A DNA stretch of 61,591 nt, counting the filler, from Choristocarpus tenellus KU-1152 (Eukaryota > Protista > Phaeophyceae), in assembly GCA_964200185.2 (NCBI GenBank). It is 13 parts of 13 records of this genome, joined end to end, with 100 filler letters (N's around TTAATTAATTAA, not from the genome) between each part and the next. Parts side by side here need not be neighbours in the genome. Positions count along the whole stretch, not along the records: positions 11,818 to 20,380 come from CAXNAD020004580.1; positions 20,481 to 23,627 come from CAXNAD020021981.1; positions 23,728 to 26,688 come from CAXNAD020023343.1; 10 more parts are not named here. The stretch is one strand, 5' to 3'. A model generated the notes under the pieces. The model made no database searches. It saw nothing but the letters and a program-made list of their open reading frames with translations, and was not told the origin of the DNA. This document shows positions 13,366 to 24,478 of this stretch, one piece after another (the first letter of the stretch is position 1; every line of letters starts with the position of its first letter). Both the position numbers and the translations under genes were made by a program.

Positions 13366-13575
13366 GAGTCAAAGTATCTTAGAGGGTAAAGCCGTGTCCA
13401 TTTGGGGGTCAATATCCAATGTTGCGATTTTGATGTAATGTTGGCTATCGTGTTTGTTAGGAAGTGTCAATATCCTTGTTCCGTACGCACCTCTTCAGAA
13501 CGTACGCATTTTTCCTACTCCAAACCATTTCGGAAAAACTCGTACCCTAACCCTAACCCTAAGATACTTTCACTC
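13366..13575 (+). mobile_element. MITE family A
   Basis: TIRs GAGTCAAAGTATCTTAG...CTAAGATACTTTCACTC, flanked by a TCA/TCA duplication. The interior is homologous to the other family A copies. Confidence 0.8.
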
Positions 13576-15010
13576 TCAATCTTCTCAAGGTTCATGGCGA
13601 GTGCTAACAAAGCAGTAACCTTTTTTTTAATCGATGGACAATAAATTATAAAGTATCCAGACAAACGAAATCAAAACGAAAGGAATAAAACTCGAACACA
13701 GCAGGAAAGATTCCAACTAGGTTTACCAATCGGTTCCAGTACACACCTGTGCCAATGAAAAGGTTCAATGCCACCCCTCCATTCATATGGAAAAATCTAG
13801 TCGAAACACGGCACAGGAGAACAACACAAAAGGAAATAGGCAAGAAATACACGTCAAATACCGTGACAGTCGACCACAGAGCTGAAGCCGTAGAGGCCAA
13901 CAAGGTTATTTTGCTTGGATTCTTGGCCTATAGTGTGAGGTATTTTGTGGATTTCTCTTTCTCTTTTGCCCTCCAAGGCTTATCCGCTCCTCCTCAATTT
14001 ATGCAGTCAATCTCAGACAGTTTTCATTCCACCTTTTGATTTCGAGAGCACAAGGCAAAAGATGGTAGGGGAACCCAGAGCTCTTCCAAAAGGAAGGAAA
14101 TAGAACCTTCTAGTTGGGGGGAAGCATAAATTGAGCACTGGTGCAGAGCTTGCCTTCGTACTCTCTAGTGTGTGCAATACTTTCTAAGCATCTTCCATTC
14201 AACTCTGTTGAAGTATTGATGACCCTCGTTGAAAGGAGCTGGGTAAAAATCCGTACCATACATGTATGGATTCTGCTCATGATTACTTCCTCCCACATAT
14301 ATTGAATAGTATACCAGAGCAAGAGCACTATATTTAAACGTGAATAGGTTTGTACGAACATACCATCCTGCTCCTTCCGAACATGAAACCATTCTCCTTC
14401 ATTCAGGATTGAGGTACAGACACAATGAAGGCTGATACAGGGTTGCCAACAAGCAACTGTAAATACGCGAATGTCTACCCACAACACATTTACTACCAAC
14501 AATCAACACTGTGGAGCGGGATTGCACATGTTGTGTTCAGTCGTCAAATGGAGTAAAACCAAAGAAAGCAACAAGACTCCTTTTGTTGCAGAGGGCGAAG
14601 AAAGAGGAGCCTTTGTCTGGCATTGTTAATGATTATCGTATCACTCTGTGTGTGTGTGTGTGTCTAAGTCAACAAACAACAACCCGACAGTAGTAACCGA
14701 CAAGAAGGTACGCTCCACCTCTTGGTTACTACTAGAACTGGCATATTTTATACCGAAGTATGTAATATACCTGTCCACAAAGACAAATTTGGTACCCCAC
14801 CATAAAATGCTCAAATGTTCAAGCACTACATACTCTTACATGTACTACTGTTTGTTAAACTACATTGAATATCTCTATTAATTATCGATTGCTATTTTGG
14901 TCACATCTCATAATGAATCCCTTTCCTCTTATCTTGTCCCCTTGACCTATTGCGCATAAAATACAACAGCAGCAGCAGGTGAGAAGGAGAGAGCCGATTT
15001 TGTCCAGACT

Positions 15011-16130
15011 TCAGGCGTTCCCCGCACTCAGAACACATAGATACATTGTGAATGACATACCAACCTGGCGATACATTCGATTAGGGATTATCCAGTCAGT
15101 AGTGTGCAACCACCATGGGAAGTGCAAGTTCGGTATGGGTAAAAAGTTATGTATGGTGTAGGAAGGATATTCTAAGCGACTGAGTGTGACAACTGACGTG
15201 ACGGCAAGGGGATGTAGAGTCAACGGCAGGGGTAGAGCATGCCCATTCTGTAGCGTATCCGTTTGGGGTCGCTGGGGGTACCAGGCAGGAGAGGTGCATT
15301 TCTGTGCGCAAAAAATACAAAGTTCAAAAGAAATGTTCCTCTTGGGTTCGTCCTGGCGAACTAACTTCAACCCAGCATGTCTTCTATTTGGTCAAAAAGC
15401 GAGTCTCCTGTATCATTTTGCAACCATTCAAAGGCGCACTACAATTGAATACAACTACAGATTTTTTTGATATAACAAGCCACGCTATGTGATGGTCTGA
15501 TCATGTGAATCAGAAAAAAGCTGCCGATTCGTGTTCGAATATGTTCACCGACTGATACTACAACACAACCCCTACAAGGCGATGTTGTGAGTCAACGCCC
15601 AACTAAATAATGTACTCACCATAAAGATTGCAGTCCTCAGAAAGGAAAGCGGCTGGGTCGTTGCCACCCAGATGTAAGTAATACTGTATGCGATCCTTGA
15701 CCCCACCCACACAGTTGCAATCCTATCTATCTTCGAGACTGGGACATCCGTTGACCGAGCCAGCATCACCGCTGCCGACCACATCATGAGGGCCTCCAGA
15801 CCGTTCTGGTGAGTACCAATGGCACGGGAGATCAACCTGTCTCATATGATGACGTTGCAAGTAAACGTTTAATGTACACCAGTGTCCAATACCCCAATTC
15901 ACACAGTGATATGAGTAATGTCACGAGTGTCGTAAGGGATTGTCGGATTTGTTCGCATCTTACCGATCCTTATCTTTCTCTTCCATCATCTTGCTCTTCA
16001 ACTGCCCTCTGGGGTCGACGATGTCTACTCCACCCAACCTTTTATGAGTTAGAATCCCAGCATAGACTCGTGGAATAAATGCCAAGGCCATTCCTAAGGG
16101 AATGCTCAGCACCCACATCGGAGGACTCAT
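15011..16130 (-). CDS. MAPEG family membrane protein (microsomal GST-like), complete, 3 exons, ~145 aa
   Basis: Exons 16130-15964 (ATG), 15836-15620 and 15064-15011 (TGA), GT-AG and in phase. Protein: MSPPMWVLSIPLGMALAFIPRV...DPRGQ...RLISRAIGTHQNGLEALMMWSAAV...RIAYSITYI...LRTAIFMVGMSFTMYL. RA..HQN..E and R..Y...Y...LRT are MAPEG signatures. Confidence 0.85.
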
Positions 16131-17286
16131 GATTCAACTAATAATATCCTTGCAGGTTACGGAGGACAAGAGTTCCAGACTGACAGTTGTTTGAGTAGGG
16201 TGGTGAAGTGAGTTTGGAGCTGGTTGGCAAGGAATCAGCATCCCAACATATGACAGATAACGATCGTATAAGTGTCTTTCGACGGGCAAATACGAAAAGA
16301 GGTGGAGGAATAATTGAACATTCAACAACGTATTCACCTACTTCCCAAACTACCATGTTAAAACGAAAGAGGTATTATTTAAGTAGGATCCATTTTCAGC
16401 GCGCAGATACACATTAACTGTACACACTTCTTTTTCATCGTTCACAGTTCACATCACCACACATGTTCGGAGAATTTCCCTGACCACTTCCCGTTGACGG
16501 TCACAATGATGTGACGCCCAATCATTGGATCCGACGTTTAGAAGAGGTGAATCCAGTTTTGACATGGATAAATGGTGATAGTACATATTTCTTGAACATG
16601 TATAGTCAGTGTCCACCACCCATGAACATGGTATCCATGTTCAATGCAGAGTAAGTTGTATTATCAATACAGAACTCCCGACAGTGTTACTTGTAAAAAC
16701 TTTGAATTAGATGAACGTTGATTCTAATAGTCTCTGGAGAGGTGAGAAGTCTTATAATGCAAAGAGATATGTATGTAAGTTCCTCAGTGCACTGAAGCAC
16801 TAATGGAGTGCAATGACATAAGTCTGGTGGTGTGTTCTGTGAAGACTTGTTGATACTGCATAGTACACTATTAGTAGTCCGGGTTGAGATTCATGGATGC
16901 TCTGAGTAGAGGTTTGTTACCTTTGAAAAGAAAGTTGTGGATATACAACCCCTGAATATATTCCATCCAGGTGTGCATCGATGTACACTTAACACAAGCA
17001 TTTTTTGAGCCGAACGTTGGCTATAGGAACCCAGAGTGATATTTCCTAGAAGATTTTTTTGGCCGTTGATTTCTGAAAGACGGAGCTGACACGGGGTGTT
17101 CTTATACAGGGTGTGGGAAGATTGTTGAAATGAGGCCATATCTCGCGCCATGCCATGCTCATGTGGACATTCTGCTCGTGTTTCAAGGCCGGTACAGCAG
17201 AATACTATGATATTGTCTTACTATACCTGCCTCTCATTCCGAAGAAAATTCAGTGCTGTAAAAATCAATAAATCCATTATCTTTCC

Positions 17287-18020
17287 GAAGTTTATGAAGT
17301 CATCTGAGTTTGTGGGCGCAAGAATTCTGGTAGGACTGATGTACAGGGAAGGGAGGGTGATTAAGGAAAAAGAAAAATATCAAAGGGTGGACAAAGAGTA
17401 AAGTACTGGTTGGCTGCAGAAGAGGGTGGGAGATAAGTTGAAAGAAATGGGTGACAGGTGGAAACACGTGGTAGGAAGGAACGGTCAGAACGTAAGGAAA
17501 ACCTGAGGCTGGGGGTACGGGACAAGTAGGACCAGAACAAGAAAACCTCTGAGGAGTATCTCCCACCCACCCACCCTTTTGCTTGCTCACGACCGACTCA
17601 GATGTTGGGTAGGGGGGGGAAAGGTCAATTTCGGACGAGGTAAATGTCTTCTAGTCCAAAGGCACGATATGTAGTGGATGATGAAGGGGTGTTCTTGGAC
17701 GATTGTGGAGTAGTGGTGTTGAGTGGTGTGGAGGACCGGAAAGTGGTGGAAAGTGTTGTGGGGGGGAGTGGTGTTGAATGGTGTGGTGGAGTGGTAAGTG
17801 GTGTGGGGTTGGGTGGGGTTGAAAGGTAGGATGGTGACTGGAAACCAGTGGCGAAGGGGTTGCACTGGTTGGTTATCAGAGGTGGGCGATGACTGGAAAT
17901 CAGTGGCAAAAGGGGTTTGCGCTGGTTGGCCACAAGTGGTGGTACAATGGGGAGGAGAATGGGTGGAATGCAAACATCGAATAAATAATAATAATCCAGA
18001 ATTCGTGAGCAAAGCAAAAG
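17287..18020 (+). mobile_element. Solo A-B terminal repeat unit of the YR (Ngaro/PAT-like) retrotransposon family
   Basis: Starts GAAGTTTATGAAGT...TGAGTTTGTGGGCG, as does repeat A at 22980. Continues into repeat B and ends AATCCAGAATTCGTGAGCAAAGCAAAAG, matching the B end at ~22950-22980. Confidence 0.75.
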
Positions 18021-18181
18021 ATGACGTTCAGGGACGAAACGACCTATTCCAGTTCTTCAAAATCTCTTCGTCCATTGTATTCATTCTTTTCTCTGTACTT
18101 ACGATGTAAAAGAGCTTAGATATGGTCCCAAGAATGCTTGGTCTCTAATGAGCTATCCTGGTGGTGTGTTTGTCCAATATT

Positions 18182-18436
18182 GAGGGAAATCAATTAAGAG
18201 GTAGGCAGGTTTGGACCCTTTAGCATTCCAAGGCACCTTCCTTACCCCGTACAATACTCTATATTAGTGCTGTATGTGCACATTAGCGTACGCAAAATTG
18301 ATATGCCCCCTTTACTCAAACAAGTCACACCACAATTCAGCAAGCCTCTTTCTGGAATTGTACAAAATGGTTTGTTTTGTCCCTCTCTTGAGATCCTTCA
18401 CACGCAAACCTGCCTACCTCTCAGTTGGTTTGACTC
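18182..18436. mobile_element. MITE family C (related TIR)
   Basis: Imperfect ~32-bp TIRs GAGGGAAATCAATTAAGAGGTAGGCAGGTTTG / CAAACCTGCCTACCTCTCAGTTGGTTTGACTC, flanked by an ATT/ATT duplication. Confidence 0.7.
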
Positions 18437-20059
18437 ATTTCCAAGGTTAATTCCAAAGGGGTGAAGAATGCTGAATGTGAGAATAGTGGCAAAGCGCATT
18501 TTAACTATTTCGAAATCATGAAAAAAATTCCTTGACATCAATAATATAGAGTAAACAATGGATTTAATGGACGAGGGTTTAAAAACTGGAACAGGTCTTT
18601 GTCCCCGAATAATCTTTTCGAAGAGATGGTTTTTAGGCCATTGAGTATTCTTTGGAATAGAAACACAATATTTAGTTGACCATTTGGCATCTAGAAGAAC
18701 TTTCATCATTATAAAACCGTAACAATTGTAAATTCGGTAAGCATTTTTCTGGTGGAAATTGAACCATGAGTTATGTATGTCATCCAGTCACCACAACAAC
18801 AGCAAGAAAAAACTGTGTAGGCAACTGTGGAGTTTAGTTGACCTAGCTTCTCCAATTGTTTCTATGTTAGACCGAACAAGGCCTTGTGACGGTGTGTTAG
18901 TCGATTATGAGGGTGAAAAATATTGAATACTTCATCTGCTCGGAATTAAATGCAACATAAATTTTGCGACCTCTGTTCTCAACTGGGAACGACCCACATG
19001 ATGAACGCTTAGGACGAGGTTTAGTTCTTCTGTAAAGTGGTACCAATAGCTTCGTGGTCTGTGGCAATCTTCCATTTTTTTCACTGTCTTCCCACGAGAG
19101 TTATGCCACAATATACATATCAAAATAAACGCTTATTATGCCAAGAGGGGTCAAAGATTCGTATGCAGGAATGTACTAACTCCAGCGCACGGGAACTATG
19201 TCCCGATCAAAGAATGGCAAAAACGCGGGGGAAAGACTCCGGGGCAATTTTGATGGTCACAACCTCAAAAGATACAAAAATGAAGGGGTTCGCGAAATTC
19301 CCTGCAAGAAACTGGTCCGGGATAGGCCCCTACCAAGACACGGTGCGTGTGGCGATACCGTAAAACAAAGCAAGATTCTCGGACATCTTTTGAACGGCTT
19401 TTGCAGGCTCTGTGAACACACACACAGGTGACCCACACAGTAGTATGGACCACGGCGGCGAGAAAATGAGAGCCGCCGAGGCCACTCTGCCCCCTGGATC
19501 TACCCTCGGCACCTTCTCTGTCGAGAGGCAACAAAAAAAAAGTACCGTGTGACATTCGATGCGCAGTTAGGCGACGAGAAAGTGTGTGTACTGTGGCGCA
19601 GCAGTATGATCAAATCGCAAATGGACCACGCGGCCGTGACACTGACACCAAGAGAAGATGAATGGAAAAGCAGTACCACAGAAACGTGGTTGGACCTTCA
19701 ACCACGTCAGAGCACTGCTGTGCAGTCTCTGCCACCTCGGGGAAGCAGGAAGAGAGCAGTGAGTCCATCACCATGTGTGGTACAGTGACGAAGTTTGTTG
19801 GGAAGCCTGGTCACAGTGGGCGAAGGGAGAACCACAGTAACCGGCCGAAGGGAAGGTTGGGGAAGAGAATAGTGTGACTGCATCCCATTGCACTGAGGAA
19901 GCGCCTAAGCAAAAACCCGGGTGTAGAATATCTTAGTAGTCAACAGTTGCAGCAGGTCGCAGCTGTTTGGAAGCTATGTGACCCAGGGTGACTTAGGAAA
20001 CGAGAAATAAGGTGTTAGGGTTGGGCTAGAAGGGCTCTGAAGCCCTAAAGAAGATAACC

Positions 20060-20345
20060 CACTTCCGGCGTTCAACGAGGAAAGGTGATAGGAAAAGCTC
20101 TAACACTGCGAATCCTGTACCTGTGTATAAACGACGGGAAAGATCGCCAAACGGCGCTCGAGATGGCAGCAGGATATGCGATGGTCAGGTCGGAAACTGT
20201 GAGTAAATGGGAGAGAGACTTCCTAACTAAGAGCCACATCAAGGTGTCGGAGCAAGGCCGCGACGAGAGGCGTTTCGTCCTGGGCGTCAACTAGGACATC
20301 CTTGGCGAGGTCAAAGAGTGGGTGCGTGGACACACAGGAAGAAGG
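20060..20345 (+). pseudogene. Possible degenerate DDE (IS630/Tc1-like) transposase N-terminal fragment
   Basis: ALEMAAGYAMVRSETVSKWERDFLTKSHIKVSEQGRDERRFVLGVN*DILGEVKEWVR resembles the HTH-'S.QG.H..L..EDI...++.W+R' segment of large eukaryotic Tc1/IS630-like transposases. It has an in-frame stop and is cut off by a MITE end and a gap. Confidence 0.35.
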
Positions 20346-20699
20346 TGGGGAGGTTTTTTGATCCAAAGTATCTGGGGGGGNNNNNNNNNNNNNNNNNNNN
20401 NNNNNNNNNNNNNNNNNNNNNNNNTTAATTAATTAANNNNNNNNNNNNNNNNNNNNNNNNNNNNNNNNNNNNNNNNNNNNGCTGGCGCATTTATCAGGGC
20501 TACACCAGAAGGGGGGTTGGTTGAGAAGGATAGCCCGGGGGGGGGGTCAGACAGAACAGAGTGCAGGGGTTAGGGAAGGAAACAGAGAGATCAAGATAGG
20601 TAGGGAGTTTAAGGAAGACTTGTATTGGTGGAGGTGGGTGGTAGAAGGAGGCCTGGCAGAGAAATGAGAAAATCTGAGTTCCCCCTTTATGAGCTTTGT

Positions 20700-21346
20700 G
20701 TGAAGACCACCAGTGACCACATGGTATTCAGATGCGTGTTTTACGGCAGTAGGAGGATACAATGTGGAGACAGGTAAGTGGTGGAGGTACGATTTCCCAG
20801 AGCAGGTGAAGAGGGATATCACACGGAGTGTATTAAAAGGGGAGAAAGGGAGTGTATCCATCAATCTATTAAAATTGTTGGGGATGGTAATAAAGGCGTG
20901 GCTATATTGGTAATGAAGGTAGGAGGGAGGGCAAAGATCAAAGGGGACCCAGTACTGTTGAGAGGAGACAACAATTCGGCAGCCCAGTGGTTCCGTAAGT
21001 GTGGGGCGGCAAAAGATAGGAGGGTGGGGGATTTGATGTGAGGGTAATGGGGGTGTTGGAGATAGCGAGGGAATGGTGGTCCTTTGCAGCAGATCACGTT
21101 GCGGGGAAGAAGAACGAATTAGCAGATGGAATATCAAGATGGGATAGGGACAAGATTCTATCTAACCTCCAAAATGCTTGTCCACGTGTTCGTTGGCAGG
21201 AGCAGCCCCTGGATCAGGACGGGGAGATGATGTGTTTGAATGCCTTGCAGCAATGTACGCCAGAGGATCGGTTGCGCCATCTACTCAGAAGTGTTATGAG
21301 ACAGCTTGGGAGCAGTGGTCTGAGTTCCATACTTATAGAGGACTGA
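20700..21346 (+). pseudogene. DIRS-type RNase H domain (end of RT/RH ORF), disrupted
   Basis: Motifs SDAC, INLL(E>K)L, GDN and HVAG..N..AD.ISR are spread over three frames. Confidence 0.8.
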
Positions 21347-22475
21347 GTAGGTGGTCAGACCTCAGAAGTCGAGAATGGGATGTTGTAAAGGCCCTAACTG
21401 AGTTCATGTGTTTCTGTTGTGGGAGTAAGGGTAACCAAGTACGTACAATAATGGGGAAGATTTCAGCAATAAAATGCTACCACCAACAATTCCTAAACTT
21501 CCTATTTCCCACGTAACATTTAATGATTTCCTGAGTTCTGAAGGGTATGGGGAGAAGTCACACAAAAACAGGCAGTAGCCTAAAAGGAGGAGACCCCTGA
21601 CATGGAGAATGATTGTAGAAAAAAAGCACTGTACTGAAATATGTTAGGAAGGGAGGGTAAGTTGACTAGGCTAGGATTGGGGCTCTCTTTGTTTTTCCTA
21701 GCAAGAGCGTCGGAGCTTTGGGTGTATGATGAAGGGGGGGGGGTACACGGAGATTTTGCGGTGAGGAGAAAATATGCAGTATGGAGGAAAGGGGTAGAGA
21801 GACAAGGGTGGGAGGATAGACACCAAGCATAAAAAGTCGAGGTAATATTCAGGGGGTCGAAGGGGGACCAGGGCAGGAAGGGAGCAGTGTTGACAAGATT
21901 TGGAGTGGAGAAGGGAAGAGGGGAAGAGAGTATGGGGGGTATTGAGGCGGTACTAGCAATTGTGGAATGTTTCCCAGAGCGTTACCCCCTGATGCCCTAC
22001 TGATGACATTTAGAGAGGGAGAGAGGTAGAGAGTAGTGACGAGGGGGCAAGCAACATGTATCCTGAGAAGAATAGTAAAAGAAGCTCAAGTTGAATCCAG
22101 AAGAGTATATGCTCTGCATTCAGGGAGGATAGACTCAAAGTATCTGGGGGGGAGGTGGGGGATCTACACCAGGGTGTCCATTTGGATCATAAACAGAAAA
22201 GGTGCACTTACATTATCCATCCGACGTATGCAATCAAATCACACAAAATCGCGACATAAAAAAATTGACCCCAAATGGACAGTCGCCACCCCCCCCCCCC
22301 AGATTCTTTGGGTCATAGGGGGAGCCACCAGGCTAGCAATCAGGGGAGTTTCAGAAATGGTAATTCAGAGGGAGGGGAGATGGAAGTCGAGTGCGTTCAT
22401 TGTATATATGTCAGGGCCAACCAGAGGGACCCAGTGGGGGTTTCGATGGGTCTGGCAGAGAGTAGGAAGGATTAG
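21253..22475 (+). pseudogene. Tyrosine recombinase of the YR retrotransposon, disrupted
   Basis: SVAPSTQKCYETAWEQW (N-terminal SAM-like helix), FFLARASEL (catalytic R), FRGSKGDQG (K), YALHSGRI-GGAT (HxxR) and IQREGRWKSSAFIVY (W and catalytic Y). Contains stops and a MITE insertion. Confidence 0.85.
22132..22314 (-). mobile_element. MITE family B inserted in the YR gene
   Basis: TIRs GACTCAAAGTATCTGGGGGG...CCCCCCAGATTCTTTGGGTC with an ATA/ATA duplication. Removing it restores HSGRIGGATRLA. Confidence 0.85.
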
Positions 22476-24439
22476 GTTCAACCAGGGCAGGATTTACAGT
22501 CTGATCTAGAAGAAATCAACCCTGAAGGGGAGGGGAGAGATCAAGTTCGGGTGGGGGTAGATGTCTTCTAAGCTCAAAGGCACAGTATGAAGGGGATGAT
22601 GAAGGAGGGTTCTTGGATGATTGTAGAGTGATGTTGAGTGGTGTGAGGTTGAGTGGTGTTCAATGGTGTGGTGGAGTGGTAAGGGGGGTGGGATTGAGTG
22701 GGGTTAAATAAGGTTGAAAGGGGTGGTAGTGACCGGAAATCAATGGCAAAAGGGGTTGCACTGGTTGTTCATTGGATAGGAGGGGTGACTGGAAATCATT
22801 GGCGAAGGGGGTTCGCCCTGGTTGGTCATCAGATGTGGAGGGTAGCTGGAAATCAGTGTCGAAGAGGTCGCACTGGTTTGTCACAAGGATTGATAGAATG
22901 TGGGGAGAAAAGGGAATAGGGAGGAATGCAAAAAGAGAAAAAAACAATAGTAATCCAGAATTCGCGAGCAAAATAAAGGGAAAGTTTATGAAGTAATTTG
23001 AGTTTTGTGGGCGGAAGAATTCTGGTTGGTTGGGGGTATAGGAGAAGTAAGGAGACAGGAAAGAAATATAAATTAGCAAGTAGGAATGAAGAGTTAAATA
23101 TTGAGTGGTTGAGATAGGGAGGGAAGAGGTTAAGAAAATAGGTGACAGGCGGGGAGGCTAGAGTGGAGAAGGAATGGACAGTATTGAATCGAAGAGGAAA
23201 CCTGAGGCTGGGGTGGCAGGACGAGGAGGGCTAGATGAGGACCCCCGAGCAAGCTTTCCCACTTACCCGCCCTGTTGCTTGCTCACGACTGACTTCCATC
23301 TTAGGGTGGGAGGGGAGGTCAAGTTTGGGCGGGGTAGATGTCTTCTAGCTCAAAGGCACAGTATGAAGGGGATGATAAAGGGGGGTTCTTGGATGATTGT
23401 GGAGTGATGTTGAGTGGTGTGGGGTTGAGTGGTGTTCAATGGTGTGGTGGAGTGGTAAGGGGGGTGGGATTGAGTGGGGTTAAATAGGGTTGAAAGGGGT
23501 GGTAGTGACCGGAAATCAATGGCAAAAGGGGTTGCACTGGTTGTTCATTGGATAGGGGGGGTGACTGGAAATTAGTGGTGAAGGGGGTTCGCCCTGGTTG
23601 GTCATCAGATAGATGTTGGGGGTGACTNNNNNNNNNNNNNNNNNNNNNNNNNNNNNNNNNNNNNNNNNNNNTTAATTAATTAANNNNNNNNNNNNNNNNN
23701 NNNNNNNNNNNNNNNNNNNNNNNNNNNTATGTATGTATTATGTATGTATTATGTATTTATATATGTATTATGTATGTATGTGTGTGTATTATGTAGTAGT
23801 AGTAGTGCGGCTGGGAGGGAGGAGGATATAACTGAGGATGAAATAGTGGTAATAGTAGTATTAATAGCACTCAGTTATGGCTGTAGAGGTGCTGGTACCA
23901 CTGCCATTATCATTGACAACAACTTCGTTGGAAGATGCATCTTGAAGTATTATAGCACCAATAGGACGTGCTGTAGTTCCAGTATTAAAAGGGGCAGTAG
24001 TGGTAGTAGTAGAGGTAGGTCCAGCACCAGTAAAGCATGCCAGAAAGAATGAGTCTCCAAACTGATTGAAATTGAAATTACTATTTCTGTAGGTCTTAGA
24101 ATTATTGCATTTCAGTACTACTGGTCGGTTCTGCGGTTGTGAATGTTGTATAAAGTTTGACAATGGAGGAAATATTATCTACTATTAATTGTTGGGGTTA
24201 GGTAGAATAGATGGGGAAGTAGTATGGTGGACGGAGGCACTGTTTATAATATGTCGATCAAGTTTCTCTATGTAGAGTGCGGAACTGTTATTACCACTAC
24301 TGTGATGCTTGGGTAAGGAGGGAATGCTTTCCATGCCATTTTCGTTATTGATTGCATTATATACAAGGATATTTCAATGCCCAAGGATTAGATATCGGCA
24401 GTAGTATGAAGCAATATATTTAGTCTAAGCAGGACCACA

Positions 24440-24478
<39 letters not shown>

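Larger units (their letters stand above)
20481..23627 (+). mobile_element. Degenerate tyrosine-recombinase retrotransposon (DIRS order, Ngaro/PAT-type split direct repeats), 3' part
   Basis: RNase H motifs (WYSDAC...VGGY, SINLLKLLG, LRGDNNSA, HVAGKKNELADGISR) are followed by a YR and then by terminal repeats B1 (~22525-22980), A2 (~22980-23300) and B2 (~23305-23627, cut by the gap). Multiple stops and frameshifts. Confidence 0.88.

Noticed and set aside
17587-18109. ORFs of 100-140 aa in the A-B repeat (also 22660-23079 and 48422-48966)
   Set aside because: These are low-complexity translations of the non-coding terminal repeat, with frames that are not conserved between copies.
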